A stretch of DNA of 61,509 nucleotides, the filler included, from Candidatus Aminicenantales bacterium (GTDB lineage: Bacteria > Acidobacteriota > Aminicenantia > Aminicenantales > Saccharicenantaceae): the NCBI GenBank assembly GCA_049512315.1. It is 3 parts of 3 records of this genome, joined end to end, with 100 filler letters (N's around TTAATTAATTAA, not from the genome) between each part and the next. Parts side by side here need not be neighbours in the genome. Positions count along the whole stretch, not along the records: positions 1 to 25,441 come from JBEKXF010000043.1; positions 25,542 to 44,153 come from JBEKXF010000044.1; 1 more part is not named here. The stretch is one strand, 5' to 3'. How positions within the stretch are numbered: the first letter of the stretch is position 1; each line of letters starts with the position of its first letter. The translations under genes were made by a program, and so were the position numbers. Positions 19,317 through 25,814 of the stretch are shown in pieces. The notes below the pieces were generated by a model that was given only the letters and a program-made list of their open reading frames with translations, was not told the DNA's origin and searched no databases.

Positions 19317-20183
19317 TTATTTTCTTATCTCATCCCCTTTGAAAGGTTCGGAGAAGAACTTCATCACCGTTCGATTGAAAAGATCGGGATTGGTGCCGGT
19401 TATCCAATGTGTCTCGCCCGGGAAGATGCACAGATTGGCCTTGGGAATGTGCCGGTAAATGAAGAGAGTGTGTTCTTCCCTGATCAAGTCTCGGTCCGCA
19501 GACATGACGAGCACAGGGGTCTTGATCTTTTTCAGGTCAGCGGTCGAAATGTGCGGTTGGAATTCCATCAGCCTGTTCAGTTGTCTGATCAGAACCCAGT
19601 TCTTCGTGGTGTCCTTTTTTCCGATCATCTCTTCGGCATGCGTCCGATCCTGATGGATTTTTTCGGCCTCATGAGCATAGCAAGCCGTTGGGCCCGGCCA
19701 GAGGTTGGCGCCGAAGACAGCGATCTTCTTCATTTTTTCAGGAAAATAGATCCCCATCAGCAGACCGATGACGCCGCCGTCACTTCTCCCGATGAGATAG
19801 GCGGGCGCGACGTGCAAATGGTCCAGAAGAGAAGCCGCGTCTTGGGCCATTTGCATGTAGGTCAGGGGTTCCTGGCTCAGCTCGGATTTCCCCCTGCCCC
19901 TGCAATCCATGGCGATGACTTGATAGAACTTGGAAAAATACTCGATCTGGAATTTCATGGCCGCGATGTTCCCGCCATTGCCATGCAGGAGGATCAGGGG
20001 ATCTCCTTTTCCGTAGATCTCATAATAGAGCTTAACGCCGTTGATGACTGCGTATTGGCCGGCCTCTGGATTGTCCCCATAGGGGACGGCCGATTGCGGA
20101 ACCGATGGCCCGTGCGGCAGCACGGATGCGCTTAAAAGAATTAACCCGGAAAAAAGCAAAGACACAAAGCTCTGCGATTTCAT
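19317..20183 (-). CDS. Secreted alpha/beta fold hydrolase
   Basis: LLHGNGG, DCRGRGKS, nucleophile GRSDGG, catalytic His in GETHW. Confidence 0.9.
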   Translation of the reverse strand: MKSQSFVSLLFSGLILLSASVLPHGPSVPQSAVPYGDNPEAGQYAVINGVKLYYEIYGKGDPLILLHGNGGNIAAMKFQIEYFSKFYQVIAMDCRGRGKSELSQEPLTYMQMAQDAASLLDHLHVAPAYLIGRSDGGVIGLLMGIYFPEKMKKIAVFGANLWPGPTACYAHEAEKIHQDRTHAEEMIGKKDTTKNWVLIRQLNRLMEFQPHISTADLKKIKTPVLVMSADRDLIREEHTLFIYRHIPKANLCIFPGETHWITGTNPDLFNRTVMKFFSEPFKGDEIRK

Positions 20184-20732
20184 TTTAGGACTCCCGCCGC
20201 ATGTGCGGCTTCTCGCCAGGCGGACGCTCGCACCTTTTATCTCGGAAATGGATCGTTCTCAAGCGCGATTTCTGCAGCAATGCCGGCTTTTTCAAGACCT
20301 AGATCTAGCCCCATCGCTCCTGAGAAGAAGGACCAAGATTTCATCTCTATATCGCCTCCTTTACATCTTAATCGTCATTGACTAATAAAGCATAGGGCTA
20401 CTGCTTGAGCAAGGGGAGTGTCAGATATTCTGTGTAAACCCCTTCTTCGCATTTAAGCACATTCACCCAAACGGTCGCCAAAATAGATCATCCGCTCAGA
20501 GTATATCATAGCCCAGTCCCCGTGGCGGAGGGTCCAGTTCTCCTAACCTTCCAACTAGTGGTTTGCCTCTCCCGCGCCCGCAGAAGGCCCCTCTCGCGCC
20601 CTCTTGCGCATTTTCTGCGCTTTTCCCAGCATAAGGGCACGGGGAAAGTTCGGCTCTGAACCCTTTAAGGGCCATTAGGCCAAAAATAGCCGTAGACGCC
20701 GCCTGCCCGAGAGCGAGTGCGCCGCCCGCGTC

Positions 20733-20860
20733 GCCGCCAAGCACTCCGCGGCCCTCGACCGCCGCCTCGTCCTCCCCAGGCCGGAGCGGAAAGAGAAGTA
20801 ACGTTTCTAGTTTCCCCAGATCATGTGCCCCCGTCCCTCCAGCGGGGGGATTTTTTTATC
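20733..20860 (+). repeat. Repeat unit copy D (R2 gene end + terminator)
   Basis: Encodes AAKHSAALDRRLVLPRPERKEK*; then CCCCCG/CGGGGG hairpin and T7. Confidence 0.8.
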
Positions 20861-20891
20861 CCAAAAAAAACAAGAGAGAAGCTACCAGTTA

Positions 20892-22550
20892 CTATCGAAT
20901 GTGTTTCCCCGCTTTCTTCATCTTCTCGGCCATCCCCATCATGGTTTGCACGAGAACAGGTGAAACACCTTCAATCAATCCCACTTCGTCCAGGCTGCGA
21001 AAGTAGCCACGAGAATGCCGAGTGGCCACAATGCGAGCGGCGAGCGCCGAGGCAACACCCGGCAGCGTCATTAACTCGGCCTCAGACGCAGTGTTGAGAT
21101 CGATGGAAAGTGGCAGGGTCCGCTCGCGCTCCCACACTGCGCGTGCAATCATGAAATCGCCGTTCAGCAGCCAGAGCTCCGGCCCGAGATTGGCGTCCAA
21201 CGGAAGGCTCCCTTTGGCCACGCGGTTCGTGAGCTGGTCGAGGAGCGAGAACGCAGCACGGGAGTCCTGGCGGAATGAGTCAATGTCACCAACCTGCCCC
21301 GTCACCGCGGCGCGCTCGAACGCAACTGCGGCTTCTTGCGATACTGTTACGCCATACGTCGTGGACAGGAAAAGGTCATACGCAGTTTTGGCTTCTTCCG
21401 GGAACAGCTTGGCGTAAGCTTCGATGAGCATGATCGCAAGCGGACGACTGGGATCATCTGCCTGGGGAGCAATCTGCCGCATGGCAGCAAAGAGTTTCAG
21501 ATTTATATTTTCGTAGGGAGAAATTTCCTTCTGCGGGTCCGCGCCCCTCCCCGCATTTGCTTCCAGAAACTGACGATAGAAAGCCGGCTCATAATACTTG
21601 TTGCGCAGGCTTTCGCGGTTCACGAGACGATAGAACAGAGTGGCGATTACCCCCTCGCTCGCCATCATTTCCTGAGCGTTCTTGAGGGTGTTGGGCAGGA
21701 ACTCGATCGAGGTCTCCCCATCCAAGAACACACGATAGGCGTCCGTGTCTATCCCCGATATCGCTGCGGGCGGTGCCTTGCGGTGCACGAAAAGATTCCG
21801 CTTCACCCCATCGGTTCGCAGTTGGGTGTCCAGATTGCTCAACCAAAGCAAATCCAGGTCAGTCGTGCCCGTCCCGGATTGGATTTTCCGCAAGGTCGAG
21901 TTATTGGTCCCATCCCGCGCCAAGGGTTGAAAGTGCTCGGCGTAGCCCTCGTCGAAAGCGGTCGGGTAGTCCGTCACGGTCATACTCTGATGCATTTTCC
22001 GTGACGGTCCATGGCTCAGATCACCGAGGAGCGACCGTAAGATGAGGTGCCCGAGCTCATGACAGAAGGTTTCCTCGAAGTCTCCGCCACTGACGCTACT
22101 CTGGTCCACGACCAAATCGATATACCCGGCCATGACCAGTTCTCTCCGGCCATTCGCACGTTCCATCCAGAAACCGTAACGTGCAAATCCGCCCTCCTCG
22201 TTGGACAACAACAAGTACATGGGTTCAAGAGAAGCCGGCTCCGATTCGTCGGTGGCTGCGTTCCTCTCTCGCGAGCGTAGAGTGCGTGCAAAGCGTTCGA
22301 GCACCAGCACTTGTTGGGCCGGGCCGGAACGCAGGACTCCGCGTATCTGGCTGACCAAGGGCGATTCGGGCAGCTGACGAAAGAGGGGGTACTGCTTTCC
22401 GTCAGGAGCTATAGCCTCCACAATGTGGCCTTGAGCATCAGTGACGGGACTGACGATCTCAACCGGAGCGGGTGTAGATCCACTTGCCATGGCGGTCGGC
22501 CCGACCAGAATGCAAAGGCAAAACCATGAAACCCTGTATACGCTTTTCAT
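20892..22550 (-). CDS. Exported HEXXH metallopeptidase-like protein with C-terminal helix-hairpin-helix (ComEA-like) domain
   Basis: Signal peptide; FCHELGH and downstream DEGYAE; IDLNTASEAELMTLPGV...ARIV..R...GYFRSLDEV. Confidence 0.75.
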   Translation of the reverse strand: MKSVYRVSWFCLCILVGPTAMASGSTPAPVEIVSPVTDAQGHIVEAIAPDGKQYPLFRQLPESPLVSQIRGVLRSGPAQQVLVLERFARTLRSRERNAATDESEPASLEPMYLLLSNEEGGFARYGFWMERANGRRELVMAGYIDLVVDQSSVSGGDFEETFCHELGHLILRSLLGDLSHGPSRKMHQSMTVTDYPTAFDEGYAEHFQPLARDGTNNSTLRKIQSGTGTTDLDLLWLSNLDTQLRTDGVKRNLFVHRKAPPAAISGIDTDAYRVFLDGETSIEFLPNTLKNAQEMMASEGVIATLFYRLVNRESLRNKYYEPAFYRQFLEANAGRGADPQKEISPYENINLKLFAAMRQIAPQADDPSRPLAIMLIEAYAKLFPEEAKTAYDLFLSTTYGVTVSQEAAVAFERAAVTGQVGDIDSFRQDSRAAFSLLDQLTNRVAKGSLPLDANLGPELWLLNGDFMIARAVWERERTLPLSIDLNTASEAELMTLPGVASALAARIVATRHSRGYFRSLDEVGLIEGVSPVLVQTMMGMAEKMKKAGKHIR

Positions 22551-22734
22551 ATGATCTCCTAGAAACAAACAAATCGGCATCTGCATTCGGATCTTGCCGA
22601 CTGACGCGAAGCCCGGCTCTTCGATGTAAGAACCAGGGCCTAGTCGCAGCGGAGCGGGTAGCGCGGAATAACCTGCCCCTCCTCAATCTACCATCTCAGA
22701 AGTGAGATTTTCAAGCAAGTACGCCGAGCGCGCC

Positions 22735-22860
22735 GCCGCGAAGCACCCCGTGACCCTAGATCGACGTTTCATCAACCTCAGGGCCGGAGCAGAAGGAGGA
22801 CTAAGCCGGCCGAGGCCGCCGGGCCCAAAGCCCCGCTGGCCAGGCGGGGCTTTTTTTTAT
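22735..22860 (+). repeat. Repeat unit copy E (R2 gene end + terminator)
   Basis: Encodes AAKHPVTLDRRFINLR/PEQKED*; terminator AAAGCCCCGC-N7-GCGGGGCTTTTTTTT at 22827-22858. Confidence 0.8.
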
Positions 22861-22893
22861 CATCCAAAAAATATCTAGGCCTGGTTCATACAG

Positions 22894-22932
22894 TCCCTAG
22901 TTCAGGCCAAGAACGGTCAGCAGAAGCGCGGA
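22894..22932 (+). repeat. R3 repeat copy 1
   Basis: TCCCTAG..GGCCAAGAACGGTCAGCAGAAGCGCGGA. Confidence 0.8.
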
Positions 22933-22990
22933 TTGAAGTGGAGAATGATCAGCGGTAGAATTAGGGCAAGTCAGTCGAGGAGATGGCGAT

Positions 22991-23290
22991 ATGACAGGTT
23001 TCAACACGAAATCCGATGGGAAGGCTTTTGACGAAGCCACGATTAAAGCCGTCTGGCAAAAGGGAACGCCAGAACCAGGCTATACAGGTTTCCGAAAGGA
23101 TATCTGCGGTGCGAGTATGCAGAGGACAGATTATGACAAACTAGAACGGTGGGGGTGGGAGATCGATCATATTAAACCGGTCTCAAAGGGTGGCACAGAC
23201 GACTTAAGCAACTTACAGCCGCTCCAGTGGGAGAACAACAGGCATAAGGGCGATAATTATCCTGGCAAGTTTTGCAAAGTAAAATCGTAA
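22991..23290 (+). CDS. Small stand-alone HNH endonuclease
   Basis: WEIDHIKPVSKGGTDDLSNLQPLQWENN; RBS GAGGAG; TTGAAG-17bp-TAGAAT upstream. Confidence 0.9.
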   Translation: MTGFNTKSDGKAFDEATIKAVWQKGTPEPGYTGFRKDICGASMQRTDYDKLERWGWEIDHIKPVSKGGTDDLSNLQPLQWENNRHKGDNYPGKFCKVKS

Positions 23291-23311
23291 GATTTGCAAA
23301 CCCTATAGCAA

Positions 23312-23353
23312 TCCCTAGCCCGGCCCGAGAACGACCAGCAGAAGCGCGGAGAA
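23312..23353 (+). repeat. R3 repeat copy 2
   Basis: TCCCTAGCCCGGCCCGAGAACGACCAGCAGAAGCGCGGAGAA. Confidence 0.8.
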
Positions 23354-23624
23354 GGTGCGGGCTGTTGTCAGCAAAAGGGGGGATGATGGGAACAAAAAGG
23401 TGGGGACTTTCCCCAGCCCGCGCAAGAAAGCCAATGCAATGATTGGCCAGCCGAAACATAAAGTCAAGAAATAGTTTTTATGACACTACTTCTACTTAGG
23501 GATTACCCTCTCAAAGGCTTTGATTTAGAATCCACTCAAACATGCGTTAGGAGTCAGCTCAATGGCAAATGGGAGAAACCTTTTGATTTGTGCCGCCAAC
23601 ACGCCCCGGCGCATGCGAGGCAAC

Positions 23625-23661
23625 AGCTCGGCCCGAGGACGGCCAGCAGAGGCGCGGAGAA
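23625..23661 (+). repeat. R3 repeat copy 3
   Basis: AGCTCGGCCCGAGGACGGCCAGCAGAGGCGCGGAGAA. Confidence 0.8.
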
Positions 23662-23731
23662 ATGAGGAAAAGGATTGAAAAGGCAGTTCGGCCGGGTTTA
23701 TGATCGGGGAAAGTCAGTTAGGAGGTGTGAG

Positions 23732-24106
23732 ATGGACCCTTCTGAACGAGCGTCGCATTGGATCAGCAATTCTTTGGCGCCAGTTTTTGATTTCCTGGTT
23801 AACGATCTCGGGGGGAAAGGGTATCAGGCGTCACTATCTAAGCAGACCGATCAGGCACTGACGCTCAGTTTCTCTAAAGAAGGAAACAGGTTCGAATATA
23901 CGATAGGTTGCATGATAAGGCCCACGCCAATCCCGAACTGGCCTGAGGGTCACGTAGATCTTGATTGCTCTTACCGTGTCAACAATATGAAAAGTCCCGT
24001 TCAGTTTCGAAATATCAACGCCAAGTACGACATAGAAGACATCGGTGAGAAAGAGATCGTCGAACATTTCCGTAAGACGTTCCGACGCTGGCTAAGTCGT
24101 AGATGA
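23732..24106 (+). CDS. Hypothetical protein
   Basis: AGGAGGT RBS; TTGAAA-18bp-TATGAT promoter; globular composition. Confidence 0.65.
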   Translation: MDPSERASHWISNSLAPVFDFLVNDLGGKGYQASLSKQTDQALTLSFSKEGNRFEYTIGCMIRPTPIPNWPEGHVDLDCSYRVNNMKSPVQFRNINAKYDIEDIGEKEIVEHFRKTFRRWLSRR

Positions 24107-24186
24107 TGGGGCGCCGAGGGGAGCCAGAGGCCCCGACGAGCATGGACTCCCCAGCTTGCTCAGCAGGACGCTGGTGAAGGTGGATA

Positions 24187-24232
24187 CGCGCCTCACAGGG
24201 GAGAGACGTTGGACGGGGCGTGGAAGCCTTAG
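24187..24232 (+). repeat. R4 repeat copy 1
   Basis: 32 of the first 37 nt identical to 25057-25093. Confidence 0.8.
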
Positions 24233-24249
24233 CGGAAAGGGGTGAGCAT

Positions 24250-24696
24250 ATGAAAACCGAAACCGAAAACTATGAACTGCTCTTCGGCTCGAACAGGATC
24301 CTGAAATGTGGTAAGGCCGTGGAACTGGTAGGGAAAGGAATTAACAAGCAGATCATCAGGTTCAGGGAAGGAGAGGACGGAAAGGTGCTGATGGGCTGCA
24401 CAGTGAGAGATCAATCGGGGAGCATAGTAGCCATAGTAGCCAATAGCCGAGTACAACATGTGGCCCAGGGATACCGAGCCGATGTGACAAGGGAAGGGAT
24501 CAGGGTGATCAGCGAGGGCATGAGAGAGGTCTGGTTAGAGTTCATCCGGACAGGTCCTGGGACGTTGAAGCTCAACGGGCAGTTCTTCGTGCCTGGATAC
24601 AGGATCATCGCCTCCGATGAGGGCCTCATGATCAACGGGAACAAGATCAGCCGGTGTACGTTTGAAAGCTGTGGGGCCGCCGTAGGACTGGGGTGA
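24250..24696 (+). CDS. Hypothetical beta-rich protein
   Basis: Purine-rich ORF with AAGGGGTGAG RBS. Confidence 0.65.
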   Translation: MKTETENYELLFGSNRILKCGKAVELVGKGINKQIIRFREGEDGKVLMGCTVRDQSGSIVAIVANSRVQHVAQGYRADVTREGIRVISEGMREVWLEFIRTGPGTLKLNGQFFVPGYRIIASDEGLMINGNKISRCTFESCGAAVGLG

Positions 24697-24794
24697 GGTC
24701 AGGGAAACTGCCAACAACCACCCAGTAAAGATCATATAGAAAGCCCAGGCACATCTAGCATGGTTCGATAGAGTTAGCGAAAGGAGAGATCAGC

Positions 24795-25022
24795 ATGGAG
24801 CATTTTGTGAACCGGTTCATTATCGAGACAAAGAGGGGACCACACTATTACATCAATCTGGACCAGGTCAAGAGGATCGTGGTAGATCACAAGGATGGAA
24901 AGAGCACAGCCATCACATTCCACTTCTCTAAGGATGACCAAGTAAGGTTTGACAGGGACGGGCTGGAAAGACCATTGGAGGAGCTGGTCAGGAAACTGAT
25001 CGAGATCGAAATCCACCCTTGA
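24795..25022 (+). CDS. Small hypothetical protein
   Basis: AAGGAG RBS; YYINLDQVKRI beta motif. Confidence 0.6.
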   Translation: MEHFVNRFIIETKRGPHYYINLDQVKRIVVDHKDGKSTAITFHFSKDDQVRFDRDGLERPLEELVRKLIEIEIHP

Positions 25023-25056
25023 TGTAAAGAACGGGGGCGTCGTAATCGGCGGTAAT

Positions 25057-25103
25057 CGCGCCTCATAGAGGATAGACGTTAGATGGGGCGTGGGAAGTCT
25101 CAG
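25057..25103 (+). repeat. R4 repeat copy 2
   Basis: CGCGCCTCATAGAGGATAGACGTTAGATGGGGCGTGGGAAG. Confidence 0.8.
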
Positions 25104-25106
25104 TAA

Positions 25107-25322
25107 ATGACAAACCCCACATACAAAGTCGTAGCCGAGAAGAAATTCGGCTTCAAGAAGTTGTTGGAACGACTAATCGGAAAAAGAACTCTTGGACAAG
25201 ATCAAGTCATCCAAGAGACGCTGAAAGAATGGCCGGAAGACCTCAAGGTCGTAGTTGGCAAAGCGGACGAGGAACTACTTAGTGGAAAGTCAGCCGTCGT
25301 AGAGATTGGGGGATTCGATTGA
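25107..25322 (+). pseudogene. Hypothetical gene probably truncated by IS3 insertion
   Basis: Its stop codon TGA is the first three bases of the IS terminus. Confidence 0.5.
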
Positions 25323-25441
25323 CCTGCCCCCCTCAAAGGGATCCAGCCCGTGTGCTAAGATTCTGCTGGATCGAGGGAGGTGGACATGGCCAGGAAACGG
25401 TTTAATCCGGAGCAGATCATCACCCTGCTCCGGGAGGCGGA
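25320..25441 (+). mobile_element. Left end of IS3-family element (orfA starts 25386), cut by contig end
   Basis: TGACCTGCCCC terminus; GGAGG RBS; MARKRFNPEQIITLLREA is typical of IS3 OrfA. Confidence 0.85.
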
Positions 25442-25541
25442 NNNNNNNNNNNNNNNNNNNNNNNNNNNNNNNNNNNNNNNNNNNNTTAATTAATTAANNN
25501 NNNNNNNNNNNNNNNNNNNNNNNNNNNNNNNNNNNNNNNNN
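25442..25541. other. Artificial contig spacer
   Basis: N44-TTAATTAATTAA-N44, stops in all six frames. Confidence 0.98.
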
Positions 25542-25769
25542 CGCCTGGTCGCCGGCGTCCTCGTCCTCCGACTCGACCTCGATGCCCAGGAGCTTGGCCG
25601 TGCCTTCATAGACCATCTTCAGGGATTTCTTGGATTCCTGAAGCTCGGCCAGGCGTCTCCGGACCTTCTGGAGCTCCTTCTCGACCTCGTCGTCGAGGTT
25701 GTCGAGCTGCCTCTTGACCTCTCCCATCGTCCGCTTATAGAGCTCTTCCTGATCCTTGCTCAGTCCCAT
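25542..25769 (-). CDS. Small coiled-coil hypothetical protein (3' partial)
   Basis: AAGGAG RBS; heptad pattern. Confidence 0.65.
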
Positions 25770-25814
25770 GGGTGACTCCTTTTGTTGATACGCGAATATT
25801 TTTTCATCGTTGGC

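Noticed and set aside
22991..23290. HNH as the terminase cofactor of the TerL at 11253
   Set aside because: It lies 10 kb away, has its own promoter and lacks paired CxxC motifs; no support for a link.
22894..23661. R3 as a CRISPR or other guide-RNA array
   Set aside because: Spacing is about 310-420 bp, the copies are degenerate and no cas genes are present.
24187..25103. R4 as integron attC sites (contain GTTGGAC/GTTAGAT)
   Set aside because: No RYYYAAC inverse core or attC-type palindrome, and no intI in the window.
25442..25541. TTAATTAATTAA inside N runs (also 44154-44253)
   Set aside because: Artificial linker; adjacency across it has no biological meaning and ORFs crossing it are artefacts.
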